Made by a program: the position numbers and the translations under genes | From: an uncultured Flavobacteriales bacterium | Lineage (GTDB): Bacteria; Bacteroidota; Bacteroidia; Flavobacteriales; BACL11 | Direction of reading: 5' to 3' | DNA: 64,000 nt | Assembly (NCBI GenBank): GCA_964004625.1 | Contig: CAXFOB010000042.1 | Coordinates: 8,791 to 72,790, forward strand | Notes under the pieces: generated by a model | Database searches by the model: none | Told to the model about the DNA's origin: nothing | Seen by the model: only the letters and a program-made list of their open reading frames with translations | Shown: positions 19,100 through 31,341 of the stretch, piece by piece | How the letters are laid out: every line of letters begins with the position of its first letter | Position numbering within the stretch: the first letter of the stretch is position 1

Positions 19100-20748
19100 T
19101 GATTAAACATCTTCTCATTCAAAATTATGTCCTTATTGAATCTCTAGAAATAGATTTTGAAAAAGGTTTTACGGTTCTTTCAGGTGAAACTGGTGCTGGA
19201 AAATCAATAATTTTAGATGCCATTTCTTTACTACTAGGAAAAAGGTCTGATAGAGGTAGTTTATATGACAAAGAAAAGAAATGTATTTTAGAACTTAAAA
19301 TTTATGTTTCTAAAGAAATGGAATACTTATTTTTAAAACATGATTTAGATTTTGACACTATAAGTATTATTAGAAGAGAGATATTATCAACAGGAAAAAG
19401 TAGGTCCTTCATTAATGATAGCCCTGTTTCTCTATCAATTCTACAAGATATCACTAGCAACTTTCTTGAAATATATTCTCAAAATCAATCTTTAAAGTTA
19501 AAATCTGAGGATAAACAACTTGAACTTTTAGATAAAATTGCAAAAAGTGAATATGAACTTTCTAAATATCAGAGTATATATTTAAGATTTACTCAACTTT
19601 CTTCTGAAATAAAAGAATTAAAGGAAGGAGGTAAATTATCTGAAACTGAATTAGAGTTTCTTAGATTTCAAATAAATGAAATTGAACAAGCTTCTTTAAA
19701 GGAAGAAGAGAAGATAACTCTAGAGTCTGAATATAATGTATTAGAAAACTCATCTTCAATTACAGAAAAACTTTCTAAGATGTATAACTATATATCTGAA
19801 GAAAACGGGTTATATTCTAGATTATCAGAAATTGAAAATGATTTAGGTAAAATATCTAATTTTTCAGAAGAATTAAGGAAACTATCAGATAGAATTAGTT
19901 CTGTCAGAATTGAGGTACAAGATCTTGAAATAGAAGTTCAGAATATTAATGAGTCTATAAAAAATAACCCAGAAGAATTATCAAAAATAGGAGAAAGACT
20001 TGATCTTATAAACTCATTACTATCAAAACATAGCAAGCAGAATATTTCTGAACTTCTCTCACTCTTAGATGAAATGAAGACTAAAATTCAATCTTCCACT
20101 CACTCTGAGTCAATTATGAAAGAAAAAGAAGAGAGACTAGAAAACGTTAAAAAAGAACTATCTACAACAGCAGGAGTTTTAACTAAGAAAAGAAAATCAG
20201 TAAGGAAAGAGTTTCAGAAAAATGTAGAATCACACCTAAGAAAGTTAGGGATTACATCACCTGAGTTTATTATTGACATTCAACAAAGAAATGATTTTAA
20301 TATTTCAGGAAACGATATTATAAACTTTATGTTTTCTGCAAATAAAGGATCAGAACCATTAGAGATCAACAAAGTTGCTTCAGGAGGGGAATTATCAAGG
20401 TTAATGCTTTGTTTTTCGTATTTAATATCTGATTTTGACAATTTATCTTGCTTAATTTTTGACGAAATAGACACTGGGGTTTCTGGAGAGATTGCAGACT
20501 TAATGTCTGAAATGATGAAGGAAATGAGCTTAAAAAGGCAAGTCATCTCAGTAACACATCTCCCACAAATAGCGTCAAAAGCAAACCATCATTTCAAAGT
20601 TTATAAAAAGGAAAAATCTGAAAGAACAACTTCAGGCACTAAGAAACTAACTTCAGAAGAAAGAATAGAGGAGATTGCAAAGATGTTAAGTGGTAAAAAA
20701 GTAACTGAAACATCTATTAATAACGCTAAAGAATTATTAAGTCAATAA
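19099..20748 (+). CDS. recN: DNA repair protein RecN
   Basis: 549 aa, SMC-like. It has Walker A GETGAGKSI, a long coiled-coil middle and a C-terminal ASGGELSR signature with the Walker B motif LIFDEIDTG. Confidence 0.9.
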   Translation: MIKHLLIQNYVLIESLEIDFEKGFTVLSGETGAGKSIILDAISLLLGKRSDRGSLYDKEKKCILELKIYVSKEMEYLFLKHDLDFDTISIIRREILSTGKSRSFINDSPVSLSILQDITSNFLEIYSQNQSLKLKSEDKQLELLDKIAKSEYELSKYQSIYLRFTQLSSEIKELKEGGKLSETELEFLRFQINEIEQASLKEEEKITLESEYNVLENSSSITEKLSKMYNYISEENGLYSRLSEIENDLGKISNFSEELRKLSDRISSVRIEVQDLEIEVQNINESIKNNPEELSKIGERLDLINSLLSKHSKQNISELLSLLDEMKTKIQSSTHSESIMKEKEERLENVKKELSTTAGVLTKKRKSVRKEFQKNVESHLRKLGITSPEFIIDIQQRNDFNISGNDIINFMFSANKGSEPLEINKVASGGELSRLMLCFSYLISDFDNLSCLIFDEIDTGVSGEIADLMSEMMKEMSLKRQVISVTHLPQIASKANHHFKVYKKEKSERTTSGTKKLTSEERIEEIAKMLSGKKVTETSINNAKELLSQ

Positions 20749-20752
20749 TTTG

Positions 20753-20760
20753 TATATTTG
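20753..20760 (+). promoter_or_regulatory. -7 promoter box TATATTTG upstream of fabI
   Basis: Exact TAnnTTTG match just after the recN stop, 25 nt before the ATG at 20786. Confidence 0.4.
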
Positions 20761-20785
20761 TAGTTTAATAACTAAAATTAAAAGA

Positions 20786-21613
20786 ATGCCAAATGGAATA
20801 TTAAAAGGAAAGAAAGGAATTATTTTTGGAGCATTAGATAATCAGTCAATTGCTTGGAAAGTAGCAGAATATGCATTTAGAGAGGGAGCGGAAATAGTAC
20901 TTACAAATGCACCTATAGCTTTAAGGATGGGTACAATTAATGAACTTGCTGAAAAAACAAATTCAATAGTAATTCCTGCAGATGCTACAAATACGGAAGA
21001 TTTAAATAATCTTTATACAAAAGCAATCGAACACCTAGGAGGTAAGATCGATTTTGTATTGCATTCTATTGGAATGTCTGTAAATGTAAGAAAAGGAAAA
21101 CAATATTATGAAATGAACTATGATTGGACTCTAAAGGGAATGGATGTTTCAGCTACTTCATTTCATAAAACAATAAAAGCAGCCTGGGATTTAGATGCAT
21201 TAAACGAATGGGGGTCGGTAGTTGGTTTATCTTATATTGCCGCACAAAGAGTTTTCCACACTTATAATGACATGGCAGATAATAAAGCACTTTTAGAATC
21301 AATAGCAAGAAGTTTTGGATACCATTATGGATTAAAAAAGAATGTAAGAATAAATACCGTTTCTCAATCACCAACTATAACAACTGCCGGAAGTGGAGTT
21401 TCTGGTTTTGATGGATTTTTTAAGTTTGCAGACGACCTTTCTCCACTAGGAAATGCAACAGCTGAAGATTGTGCAAATTACTGTATTTCTTTATTTTCAG
21501 ATTACACAAAGAAAATAACTATGCAAAATTTATTTCATGATGGAGGATTCTCTAATATGGGGATGAGTGCAAAAGTGATGGATAAATACATGAGATCTAT
21601 AGAAGAGAAATAA
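20786..21613 (+). CDS. fabI: Enoyl-[acyl-carrier-protein] reductase (NADH), FabI
   Basis: I start it at the ATG for MPNGILKGKKGIIFGALDNQSIAWKVA. The ORF-track start at 20750 is a TTG that overlaps the promoter box. It is an SDR fold with FabI-like sequence throughout. Confidence 0.85.
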   Translation: MPNGILKGKKGIIFGALDNQSIAWKVAEYAFREGAEIVLTNAPIALRMGTINELAEKTNSIVIPADATNTEDLNNLYTKAIEHLGGKIDFVLHSIGMSVNVRKGKQYYEMNYDWTLKGMDVSATSFHKTIKAAWDLDALNEWGSVVGLSYIAAQRVFHTYNDMADNKALLESIARSFGYHYGLKKNVRINTVSQSPTITTAGSGVSGFDGFFKFADDLSPLGNATAEDCANYCISLFSDYTKKITMQNLFHDGGFSNMGMSAKVMDKYMRSIEEK

Positions 21614-22410
21614 TGCTTTATAAATTTTTCTATTATTTATTCAGTGTTTTTCCTTCTTTTAAAAGATTCTTTTGGAAGAAGTGGTATACTATATTTGCAA
21701 ATAAGGTTCAAGATATTCAATTTATGAATTATGGATTCGCTAGTAAAAATTTACATTTAGACTTAAAAGAAGAGGACAATTGTAATAGATATCAAATTTA
21801 TTTATACCACCATGTAGCATCTCAAATAAATTTAGAAAATAAAAAGGTTCTAGAAATTGGATCTGGTAGAGGTGGAGGTGCTTCATATATTTCTAGGTAT
21901 ATGAATCCAACTGAACTTATAGGATTAGATATTAGCCCTTCGGCAGTGAGGGATTGTAATGAAAAATATAATATTGATAATCTATCTTTTATTGTAGGAG
22001 ATTCTGGAAATATACCTTACGGTAACGACACTTTTGACGCAGTAATAAATGTTGAATCTTCTCATTGTTACGCTTCTATGAGTAAATTTATTAATGAAGT
22101 TACAAGAATTTTAAAACCAGGAGGACATTTCCTATTTTGCGATGTGAGAAGAAATGATTTAGTAGGGGATATGTTGTCCAATATAGATACAGATGAATTG
22201 AAATTAATAAACTCTCAAGAAATTACACAAAATATTATAACAGCAACAGTTTTAATGTCTAAAGAAAGGAAAGAATCAATAAGTAAATTGCAATCTGGCA
22301 TATTTAAGAAGATTCTTGAATCTTTTGCTGCGGTAGAAGGAAGTAAAGTTCATGATTCGTTTAAAGATGGTTACCTAAGATATTTCAGTGCTTGTTCTCA
22401 AAAGAAATAA
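21613..22410 (+). CDS. Class I SAM-dependent methyltransferase
   Basis: 265 aa with SAM motif I, VLEIGSGRGGGASY. The stop and start overlap fabI in TAATG. Confidence 0.7.
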   Translation: MLYKFFYYLFSVFPSFKRFFWKKWYTIFANKVQDIQFMNYGFASKNLHLDLKEEDNCNRYQIYLYHHVASQINLENKKVLEIGSGRGGGASYISRYMNPTELIGLDISPSAVRDCNEKYNIDNLSFIVGDSGNIPYGNDTFDAVINVESSHCYASMSKFINEVTRILKPGGHFLFCDVRRNDLVGDMLSNIDTDELKLINSQEITQNIITATVLMSKERKESISKLQSGIFKKILESFAAVEGSKVHDSFKDGYLRYFSACSQKK

Positions 22411-22431
22411 ATCAGTTAATAATAAGACTAG

Positions 22432-23148
22432 ATGAATAAGAAAATTTGTTTATGGTCTTGTCCGAGAAATGTTTCTACCGCTCTTATGTATTCTTTTAGG
22501 TCTCGGCTTGACACAATAGTTTTTGACGAACCCCTATACGCACACTATTTAAAAGTAACTAACTCTAATCATCCCGCAAGAGAGGAAGTGTTAGACACTC
22601 AAGAAAAAAATGGTGAAAAAGTTGTGAAAGATATTATATTAAAAGATTATCCAAAACATTCTTTCTTTAAGTTAATGACTCATTTCTTAGTCGATATTGA
22701 TAAGAGTTTTCTCTACAGTGTTATAAATGTTATTTTTATTAGAAATCCTAAAGAGATTATTCATTCTTATTCAAAAATAATCGCAGGTCCAAAAATGAAG
22801 GATATAGGAGTTAAAATGCAGTATGAATTATATCATGAATTGAAGGAAAAAGGGAAAGAACTTATTGTATTAGACTCTAAATACTTATTACAGAATCCAA
22901 ACGGAATACTTTCAGAGTTGTGCGATAAAATAGGAATTCCATTTGATAAAAACATGTTAGAATGGACAAAGGGTCCAAAAAAAGAGGATGGAGTCTGGGC
23001 AAATTACTGGTATCAAAATACTCATAACTCTACAACTTTCTCAACTTATAAGGAAAAGAAAATCTTACTTAATAGAGAGGAAGAAACTCTTTATAAAGAG
23101 TGTCTACCTTTTTATAATTTTTTAACTGAAAAATCAATAAAAATATGA
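22432..23148 (+). CDS. Sulfotransferase-like protein of unknown function
   Basis: 238 aa. The N-terminus KICLWSCPRNVSTALMYSF...FDEPLYAHYL resembles a family I recall being annotated as sulfotransferase family protein. The assignment is from memory only. Confidence 0.4.
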   Translation: MNKKICLWSCPRNVSTALMYSFRSRLDTIVFDEPLYAHYLKVTNSNHPAREEVLDTQEKNGEKVVKDIILKDYPKHSFFKLMTHFLVDIDKSFLYSVINVIFIRNPKEIIHSYSKIIAGPKMKDIGVKMQYELYHELKEKGKELIVLDSKYLLQNPNGILSELCDKIGIPFDKNMLEWTKGPKKEDGVWANYWYQNTHNSTTFSTYKEKKILLNREEETLYKECLPFYNFLTEKSIKI

Positions 23149-23193
23149 TTCAACAATTTGACGTAAGAAAAAAAAAGATATTTTAATCTAAGG

Positions 23194-25737
23194 CTATTTT
23201 GTCTTTTCTGTGTTTTTTGGTTTTGATTTTTTCTTAACTTTAACTAACTTCATAGTTAATTCTGTATTATCTTTACTTAAATCAACTTTGATACTATCTC
23301 CTTCTGATATTTTAGATTGTATTATCTCCTCAGCTAATGGATCCTCAAAATACTTCTGTATAGCTCTTTTTAACGGTCGAGCTCCATAATGTTTATCGTA
23401 TCCCTTTTCCGCAATAAAATCTTTAGCTTTTTCAGATATTGTAACAGAATAACCAATTTCTTCTATTCTCTCTAAGATACCTTTCATTTCAATATCAATA
23501 ATGCAATTTAAATTTTCCTTAGACAAACTATTAAAAATGATTACATCATCAATTCTATTTAGAAACTCAGGTGCAAAACTTTTAGTTAAAGCCTTTTGAA
23601 TTACACTTTTAGAATGATTATCTAAATTTTCTTTTCTAGAAGAAGTATTAAAACCAACTCCCTGTCCAAAATCCTTTAACTGACGAGAACCAATATTAGA
23701 AGTCATTATAATTATAGTATTCTTAAAACTTATTTTTCTTCCCATACTATCTGTAAGTAGGCCATCATCTAAAGCTTGAAGAAGAATGTTAAACACATCA
23801 GGATGAGCTTTCTCAATTTCATCTAATAAAATAATGGAATAAGGTTTTCTTCTTACTTTTTCTGTCAACTGTCCTCCCTCCTCATATCCAACGTAACCAG
23901 GAGGAGCTCCTATTAGACGAGAAACGGCAAATTTTTCCATATACTCACTCATGTCTATCCGGATTAAAGAATCTACAGAATCAAACATTTCCACTGTTAA
24001 TGCTTTAGCTAATTGAGTTTTACCAACACCAGTTGGACCTAGAAAAATAAAAGAACCGATAGGCTTATTAGGATCTTTTAAACCTACTCTGTTTCTTTTT
24101 ATTGCCTTAACAATTTTATCTATTGCATCATCTTGTCCGACAACATTGGTTTTTAAATTTTGAGGCATATTTAACAACTTATTATTTTCATGAGTAGCAA
24201 CTCTCTGAACTGGAATCCCCGTCATCATAGAAACAACATTTTCAACATTGTCTTCAGTAACTAACTCTTTTTTACTTTTTAGTTGTTTTTCCCATATATC
24301 TTTAGCATGTAATAACTTAGACTCTACCGACTTCTCTTTGTCCCTGATAATTGCAGCATCCTCAAATTTTTGCTTATTAATAGCTTCTTGTTTTTCAATA
24401 TTAATACTCTCTAATTCTTTCTCTAAATCTAAGATGTTTTGAGGAACTTCAATATTAGTTATATGTACTCTAGACCCCGCTTCATCTAAAGCGTCAATTG
24501 CTTTATCTGGTAAATATCTATCACTCATATATCTGTTGGTTAATTTCACACAAGCTTCTAGTGCTTGATTGGTATAATCTACATTATGATGCTCTTCATA
24601 TCTATCTTTAATGTTCTTAAGGATTTCTAATGTTTCCTCTGGAGAAGTAGGTTCAACCATCACTTTCTGAAACCTTCTTTCTAAAGCTCCATCTTTCTCG
24701 ATATTTTGTCTGTACTCATCAAGTGTGGTAGCTCCAATACATTGAAGTTCTCCTCTAGCAAGTGCTGGTTTAAACATGTTAGAAGCGTCTAAAGACCCAG
24801 ATGCTCCCCCAGCTCCAACTAAAGTATGAATTTCATCTATAAACAAAATTATGTCAGGGTTATCGTTTAACTCTGTAATAATACCCTTCATTCTTTCCTC
24901 AAACTGTCCCCTATATTTTGTTCCAGCTACAAGTGCAGCTAAATCAAGCATGATAATCCTTTTATTAAATAAGATTCTAGAGACTTTTCTCTGCACTATT
25001 CTTAATGCTAGTCCCTCTGCAATTGCGGATTTACCAACTCCTGGTTCTCCAATAAGTATAGGGTTATTCTTCTTTCTTCTACTTAATATCTGAGATACCC
25101 TTTCTATCTCATAATGTCTGCCTACAATTGGATCTAATTTATTTTCTTCTGCCATAAATGTTAAATCTCTTCCAAAATTATCAAGTGTTGGTGTTTTACT
25201 TCTTTTATTAGAATGAGAAACATTTTCTTTTTTTGGTTCTCCAAATAAATCATCATCACTATTTGAATCCACATCGTCATCATGATCACTATATTTATCC
25301 TGAATACTTAAATATGTTTCAAGAACTTTTTCATAATCAATTCTTAACTTTTTAAGAGTGGAATAAACAACATTGTTTTTATCTCTCATAATTGAAAGTA
25401 AAATGTGAATAGTTTTTATTTTTCTTTCATCTGTTTGCTGAAGTTCCATAATTGATTTATCAATTATATTCTTAGCTTGTTTACTTATATCGTTATCATG
25501 CGAGTTAAATGGTAGGGTTTTCCTTTCACTAATAGATACAACTTGTTCAATAATTTTCCTCAAATCCTTTACGTCTAATCCCAAAGTATTTAATGTTCTT
25601 ACAGCCGTGCCTTCACCCTCTCTTATGATGCCAAGAATTAAATGTTCTACACCAATAGTTTCATCTCCAAGTCTTAAAGCTTCTTCTTTTACATACTCTA
25701 ACACTGTAATCATTCTGTTTGAAAAATTCGCATTCAT
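23194..25737 (-). CDS. clpC: Clp/Hsp100 AAA+ chaperone, ClpC-like
   Basis: 847 aa with an N-terminal Clp_N repeat. It has two AAA+ modules (GEPGVGKSA and GPTGVGKTQ), a short middle UVR-like coiled coil and the C-terminal ClpB_D2-small region. Confidence 0.85.
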   Translation of the reverse strand: MNANFSNRMITVLEYVKEEALRLGDETIGVEHLILGIIREGEGTAVRTLNTLGLDVKDLRKIIEQVVSISERKTLPFNSHDNDISKQAKNIIDKSIMELQQTDERKIKTIHILLSIMRDKNNVVYSTLKKLRIDYEKVLETYLSIQDKYSDHDDDVDSNSDDDLFGEPKKENVSHSNKRSKTPTLDNFGRDLTFMAEENKLDPIVGRHYEIERVSQILSRRKKNNPILIGEPGVGKSAIAEGLALRIVQRKVSRILFNKRIIMLDLAALVAGTKYRGQFEERMKGIITELNDNPDIILFIDEIHTLVGAGGASGSLDASNMFKPALARGELQCIGATTLDEYRQNIEKDGALERRFQKVMVEPTSPEETLEILKNIKDRYEEHHNVDYTNQALEACVKLTNRYMSDRYLPDKAIDALDEAGSRVHITNIEVPQNILDLEKELESINIEKQEAINKQKFEDAAIIRDKEKSVESKLLHAKDIWEKQLKSKKELVTEDNVENVVSMMTGIPVQRVATHENNKLLNMPQNLKTNVVGQDDAIDKIVKAIKRNRVGLKDPNKPIGSFIFLGPTGVGKTQLAKALTVEMFDSVDSLIRIDMSEYMEKFAVSRLIGAPPGYVGYEEGGQLTEKVRRKPYSIILLDEIEKAHPDVFNILLQALDDGLLTDSMGRKISFKNTIIIMTSNIGSRQLKDFGQGVGFNTSSRKENLDNHSKSVIQKALTKSFAPEFLNRIDDVIIFNSLSKENLNCIIDIEMKGILERIEEIGYSVTISEKAKDFIAEKGYDKHYGARPLKRAIQKYFEDPLAEEIIQSKISEGDSIKVDLSKDNTELTMKLVKVKKKSKPKNTEKTK

Positions 25738-25925
25738 ATCACTTAATTTTTATTTTAAATATCACACTGCAATAATTAGTTATTTTTTATATATTTAATC
25801 AGGTAACAACATTTGTTTTTTCAACAAAAATTGTTCATAACTTACATACATATTTAAACTCTAATTTCTCTATTAAAATACGGAAATTTTGTTTATTTGT
25901 TTCTTTAATAAAAAAACTAATAAAA

Positions 25926-28499
25926 ATGCCAGAAGGAGAAAAGATTATCCCTATAAATATTGAGGAGGAAATGAAATCAAAGTACATTGACTACTCAATG
26001 TCAGTGATTGTATCTAGAGCTTTACCAGATGTGAGAGACGGATTAAAACCAGTTCATAGAAGAATTTTATTTGGAATGCATGAATTAGGAGTGAGGTCTT
26101 CTGCATCATATAAAAAATCAGCTAGAATTGTAGGAGAGGTACTTGGTAAATTTCATCCTCATGGTGATACTGCTGTATATGACGCAATGGTTCGTATGGC
26201 TCAAGAATGGTCTATGAGATATCTACTAGTAGATGGGCAAGGTAACTTTGGGTCTATTGATGGAGATAATCCTGCTGCAATGAGATATACTGAGGCTAGA
26301 ATGAGAAAAACTGCTGAAGATTTATTGTTAGACATTGACAAAGACACTATAGATTGGCAAAATAACTTTGATGACTCATTAAAAGAACCTACAGTATTAC
26401 CTGCTAGATTACCAAATTTATTGTTGAATGGAGGGACGGGTATTGCAGTTGGTATGGCTACTAATATGCCACCACATAATTTAACAGAAGTTGTCGATGG
26501 AATCATCGCTTACATTCAGAAAAGAGGTGATATTGAGATTTCAGAGCTTATGGAGTATATAAAGGCTCCTGATTTTCCAACTGGAGGAACGATTTATGGT
26601 TATGATGGAGTACGATCAGCATTTGAAACTGGTAGAGGAAGAGTTGTGATGAGAGGAAAAATTAAGTTTGAAGAGTCAGGTCAAAAAGAAAGAATTATTG
26701 TAGAAGAGATTCCTTTTATGGTAAATAAATCAGACATGATTAAAAAAACTGCTGATTTAGTTAATAGTAAGAAAATAGAAGGGATATCAGACATTAGAGA
26801 TGAGTCAGACAGAACAGGAATGAGAATTGTTTATGAGTTAAAAAGAGACGCAATTCCTAATATCGTTTTGAATAAATTATATAAATATACTCAACTACAA
26901 TCTTCTTTTAGTGTAAATAATATAGCTCTTGTTAAAGGAAGGCCAAAATTATTAAATCTTAAAGACTTAATACAATTATTTGTTGCTCACCGACATGAAG
27001 TATTAATTAGGAAAACTAAGTATGAATTAACTCAATCTGAAAAAAGAGCTCATATTTTAGAAGGATTACTTATCGCATTAGACAATTTAGATGCAATTAT
27101 TAAATTAATTAGATCATCTCAAACACCTGAAGATGCTAAAAATGGTTTAATCAGTAATTTTTCTTTATCTGAAATTCAAGCAAAAGCAATTCTTGACCTA
27201 AGACTTCAGAAACTTACTGGATTAGAAAGAGGGAAAATTAAAGATGAACATACTGAAATCATGGAGAAAATTAAGAGATTTCAAGAAATTCTTTCAAATG
27301 AAGATTTAAGATTATCCTTATTAGTTGATGATCTAAAAGACGTCAAAGAGAAGTACGGAGATCACAGAAGGTCTAATATTGAATATTCTTCATCAGAAGT
27401 AAGTATTGAAGATATGATTCCAAATGAAGAAGTTTTAATTACTATTTCACATTTAGGTTATATTAAAAGAACATCATTATCAGAATACAGATCTCAAGGA
27501 AGGGGAGGTGTTGGAAGTAAAGGAGCAACAACCAGAGATGAAGATTTTGTAGAAGAAATGGTTATGGCAAATAATCACGACTATATGTTGTTCTTTACCG
27601 AACAAGGAAAATGTTTCTGGTTAAGAGTTTATGAAATTCCAGAAGGAAGTAAAACATCAAAAGGTAGAGCTATTCAGAATTTAATCAACATTCCTTCTGA
27701 TGACAAGGTTATGGCTTACATAAACACTAAAGATTTAAAAGATGAAGAATATGTAAATGCTAATTATATTGTAATGTGTACTAAAAAAGGACAAATTAAA
27801 AAGACGTCTTTAGAACAATATTCTAGACCAAGAACTAATGGTATTAATGCAATTACCATTAAAGATGGGGATCAGTTATTAGAAGCTAAAATGACAAATG
27901 GAGAATCTCAAATTATGATGGCTGTTAAATCTGGTAAATGTATTAGATTTGAAGAAGAAAAAGTTAGATCAATGGGGAGAACAGCTTCAGGTGTTAGAGG
28001 AATTCGATTGAAAGATGATAATGATGAAGTAATTGGGATGATTTGTGTAAATGATATGGAATCTAGCGTTCTCGTTGTCGCGGAAAATGGATATGGAAAA
28101 AGATCCTCGATTGAAGAATATAGAATCACAAATAGAGGAGGAAAAGGAGTGAAAACTATAAATATAACTGAAAAAACAGGAAATTTAATTGCACTCAAGA
28201 ACGTGACAGATGATGATGACTTAATGGTTATTAATAAGTCTGGAATTACTATCAGAATTGGAGTAGACACTTTAAGAGAAATGGGAAGAGCTACTCAAGG
28301 GGTTAAAATTATCAGATTAAGAGATAATGATTCTATTGCTTCTGTTGCTAAGGTTTCAAAATTTAAAGGAGTGGACGAAATAGTTTTAGATGAAGAAGGA
28401 AATACTATTATAAGCGAATCTATTACTGAGGAAACCCCTGAGAAATCTGATGAAAACATAGAAAACAATAACGAATCAAATACTGAAAATGAAGAATAA
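25926..28499 (+). CDS. gyrA: DNA gyrase subunit A
   Basis: 857 aa. The N-terminal sequence is [29 protein letters not shown]. The active-site region is [10 protein letters not shown]. It also has C-terminal beta-pinwheel repeats and an acidic tail. Confidence 0.95.
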   Translation: MPEGEKIIPINIEEEMKSKYIDYSMSVIVSRALPDVRDGLKPVHRRILFGMHELGVRSSASYKKSARIVGEVLGKFHPHGDTAVYDAMVRMAQEWSMRYLLVDGQGNFGSIDGDNPAAMRYTEARMRKTAEDLLLDIDKDTIDWQNNFDDSLKEPTVLPARLPNLLLNGGTGIAVGMATNMPPHNLTEVVDGIIAYIQKRGDIEISELMEYIKAPDFPTGGTIYGYDGVRSAFETGRGRVVMRGKIKFEESGQKERIIVEEIPFMVNKSDMIKKTADLVNSKKIEGISDIRDESDRTGMRIVYELKRDAIPNIVLNKLYKYTQLQSSFSVNNIALVKGRPKLLNLKDLIQLFVAHRHEVLIRKTKYELTQSEKRAHILEGLLIALDNLDAIIKLIRSSQTPEDAKNGLISNFSLSEIQAKAILDLRLQKLTGLERGKIKDEHTEIMEKIKRFQEILSNEDLRLSLLVDDLKDVKEKYGDHRRSNIEYSSSEVSIEDMIPNEEVLITISHLGYIKRTSLSEYRSQGRGGVGSKGATTRDEDFVEEMVMANNHDYMLFFTEQGKCFWLRVYEIPEGSKTSKGRAIQNLINIPSDDKVMAYINTKDLKDEEYVNANYIVMCTKKGQIKKTSLEQYSRPRTNGINAITIKDGDQLLEAKMTNGESQIMMAVKSGKCIRFEEEKVRSMGRTASGVRGIRLKDDNDEVIGMICVNDMESSVLVVAENGYGKRSSIEEYRITNRGGKGVKTINITEKTGNLIALKNVTDDDDLMVINKSGITIRIGVDTLREMGRATQGVKIIRLRDNDSIASVAKVSKFKGVDEIVLDEEGNTIISESITEETPEKSDENIENNNESNTENEE

Positions 28500-31341
28500 G
28501 TTATTATTAACACTTATATTTTTTAGTTCTTCAATTTTTGCTCAAGAAATAACTGAGCCTACCCTCATAAGTAAAAAAGGTAGTGAGGAATTAGATATAA
28601 CTTATGAGAAATGGGTATTTCCAAATGGTTTAACTCTTCTTATTCATGAAGACCAATCCGATCCGATCGCACAAGTTCACGTTACCTACCATGTAGGATC
28701 TAATAGAGAGAGTGCGGGAAAATCAGGATTTGCACATTTATTTGAACATATGATGTTTCAAGGATCAGAAAATGTACCTGATGAAATGCATTTTAAAATA
28801 ATAAGTGAAGCTGGTGGTAACATGAACGGAAATACATCATCTGATAGAACTGTTTATTTTCAAACTGTACCAAATAATTATTTAGAAACAGCTTTATGGT
28901 TAGAATCAGACAGGATGGGGTTTTTTCTCGATGCTGTTTCTGAGGAAAAGTTTGAAAATCAAAGAGATGTTGTTAAAAAAGAAAAACAACAAGTTCAAAT
29001 CAATCAACAATATGGTCTAAGCTATGAAGTATTAGGACAAAATCTATACCCTTCCAATCATCCATATAATTGGCCTGTAATTGGTTACACAGATGATTTA
29101 GACAGAGCAAATCTTCAGGATTTGAAGAATTTTTTCTTGAGGTGGTATGGTCCAAATAACGCTATACTAACGATAGCTGGTGATGTGAATTCTGAAGAAG
29201 TGGTAAAACTTGTTAATAAATATTTTGGAAACATAAATAGTGGGCCAAAAGTTAGAGATATGAGACCTAATGTACCAAGATTGACACAAGATAAATATTG
29301 TGGATATACTGACAATGTATACCTTCCAATGACTCAAATTGTGTTTCCGACTGTTCCAAATTATCACAAAGACGAAGCTGCATTAGATATTTTAAGCTCG
29401 TTAATGGGAGAGGGTAATAGTTCTATTTTCTACAAAAATTTTGTAAAGAGTGAAAAAGCCATTCAAGCTGTTGTTCAACATCCATGTAGAGAGTTATCTG
29501 GGGAGTTTCAATTTATTGTTTTATCCTATCCTAAATGGGGAGAAGATGAAAGACTATACTTTAACGACATAGAAACCCAAATTAGATCCTCTATTTCAGA
29601 ATGGGAAAAAAAAGGGTTTACTGATATAGAATTAGATATGGTAAAAACAAAAATGGAATCTGAAATTATCAATAGGAAGATGTCCATTTCATCAAAGGTT
29701 TCTTCTATTTCTTCATGGGAATGGTTAGCAAAAGGAAAATATAATATAACATCTGAGATTAAGAGATATAAAAATGTAACCAGAGATGATGTTATGAGAG
29801 TTTATAAACAATACATAAAAAACAGAAATGCTGTTATTATGAATGTAAGCCCTAAAAACCCTTTTTCAGAGGAGGAATTAGTTTTGGAGAGTTTTAACCC
29901 AAATTCTAATTTAATTTTGAAAGAAGATCCACAATATAAAGGATTAGTCTATAATAAGTCTGAAGGAGAATATGATAATTGTTGTCGTTCTGAACAACCT
30001 GAACCCAAAACTCCAAAAGCACCTAGAGTTCCTGATTACTACACCTCAGAGTTAAATAATGGAATAAAACTAATAGGAACAGAATATTCAGAAGTGCCAA
30101 AAGTATTTCTACAAATAAAGATAGATGGTGGAAACTATCTTGAGGACAAAAAGAAATTAGGTCTTGCTAGCATTACTGCTGAATTAATGAATAAAAGTAC
30201 TGCAAACTACAGTAGTGAAGAAATGGAGAAATCTTTATCAAAATTAGGGTCTGAAATCTCTTTTTCTTCTAGTGGAAATTCAACTACAATTTTTGTTTCT
30301 TCTTTATCAAAAAAAATTGACGAAACCTTAAATTTACTAGAAGAAAAACTGTTTAATCCAGGATTTAATAAAGAGGAATTAAAAACAATAAAAAAACAAC
30401 AAGTAGAATTTTTAAATTCTCAAGAAAAATCAGCACAATATATCGGTTCAAACAAATTTAAAGAGATACTATTTGGTGATACCCCAGATGGATATACAGC
30501 ATCAGAAAAAACTATTAATAAAATAAAAATAAAACACATTCAAGACTTTTATAATAATTATTATACTCCATCTATTACTTCAATTACTATAGTTGGAGAT
30601 ATCTCAAAAGAGAAAATACTTGATAAATTATCCTTCTTAGAAAATTGGAAAAACAAAGAAAATTTTGTTATACCTGAAAACTTTGAATATCCGGCAGATG
30701 GTCCAACACAAATATATATAATAGATAAACCAGGAGCTACACAGTCTGTAATATATATGGGACACAAGTCTAATAAATTTGATGTAGATGGTGAATATTT
30801 TAAATCTAGAATAATGAACTATCCACTAGGAAGTGGTGCATCAGGAAGGTTGTTTCTTAATTTACGAGAAGATAAAGGATATACATATGGAGTATATTCT
30901 TTCTTTAATGGTTCAAAAAATAATGGAACCTTTACTATATTTTCTTCAGTTAAAACAGAAGTAACCGATAGTGCTTTAGTGGAAATATTATCTGAAGTTG
31001 AAAATTATGTATCAGATGGAATAACTAATGAAGAATTACGTTTTACTAAGAGTTCATTACTTAATGCAGATGCATTAAAATACGAATCACCTATGCAGAA
31101 ACTTGGATTTCTAAACAGAATATTAACGTATGATCTAGATAAGAGTTTTATCAAAAAACAGGTAAATGTTTTAAATTCAATTACAAAAGATGACATTGAC
31201 CAACTAGCTGAAAGGAACATTAGAAAAGACAACATGCAAATTGTTATTGTAGGTAACTCCTATCTGATAAAAAAGAATCTAGAAAACTTAACTGCTAAAA
31301 ATGGAATTAGATATAATTATAAAATTAAGGAAATAAAATAA
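28489..31341 (+). CDS. Secreted M16-family zinc peptidase (two pitrilysin-like halves)
   Basis: 950 aa with a signal peptide and the inverted zinc motif [13 protein letters not shown] (HxxEH). It overlaps the gyrA stop by 11 nt. Confidence 0.8.
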   Translation: MKNKLLLTLIFFSSSIFAQEITEPTLISKKGSEELDITYEKWVFPNGLTLLIHEDQSDPIAQVHVTYHVGSNRESAGKSGFAHLFEHMMFQGSENVPDEMHFKIISEAGGNMNGNTSSDRTVYFQTVPNNYLETALWLESDRMGFFLDAVSEEKFENQRDVVKKEKQQVQINQQYGLSYEVLGQNLYPSNHPYNWPVIGYTDDLDRANLQDLKNFFLRWYGPNNAILTIAGDVNSEEVVKLVNKYFGNINSGPKVRDMRPNVPRLTQDKYCGYTDNVYLPMTQIVFPTVPNYHKDEAALDILSSLMGEGNSSIFYKNFVKSEKAIQAVVQHPCRELSGEFQFIVLSYPKWGEDERLYFNDIETQIRSSISEWEKKGFTDIELDMVKTKMESEIINRKMSISSKVSSISSWEWLAKGKYNITSEIKRYKNVTRDDVMRVYKQYIKNRNAVIMNVSPKNPFSEEELVLESFNPNSNLILKEDPQYKGLVYNKSEGEYDNCCRSEQPEPKTPKAPRVPDYYTSELNNGIKLIGTEYSEVPKVFLQIKIDGGNYLEDKKKLGLASITAELMNKSTANYSSEEMEKSLSKLGSEISFSSSGNSTTIFVSSLSKKIDETLNLLEEKLFNPGFNKEELKTIKKQQVEFLNSQEKSAQYIGSNKFKEILFGDTPDGYTASEKTINKIKIKHIQDFYNNYYTPSITSITIVGDISKEKILDKLSFLENWKNKENFVIPENFEYPADGPTQIYIIDKPGATQSVIYMGHKSNKFDVDGEYFKSRIMNYPLGSGASGRLFLNLREDKGYTYGVYSFFNGSKNNGTFTIFSSVKTEVTDSALVEILSEVENYVSDGITNEELRFTKSSLLNADALKYESPMQKLGFLNRILTYDLDKSFIKKQVNVLNSITKDDIDQLAERNIRKDNMQIVIVGNSYLIKKNLENLTAKNGIRYNYKIKEIK

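Noticed and set aside
25738-25925. Imperfect inverted repeat (AACATTTGTT...AACAAAAATTGTT) in the clpC/gyrA divergent spacer as a heat-shock operator
   Set aside because: The arms pair poorly and it does not resemble CIRCE or any operator I know. It is probably AT-rich chance symmetry.
24248-28513. Six antisense ORFs inside clpC (24248.., 24851.., 25607..) and gyrA (26201.., 27908.., 28295..)
   Set aside because: All lie opposite highly conserved housekeeping genes. They are Ser/Ile/Leu/Phe-rich frames, so I treat them as artefacts.
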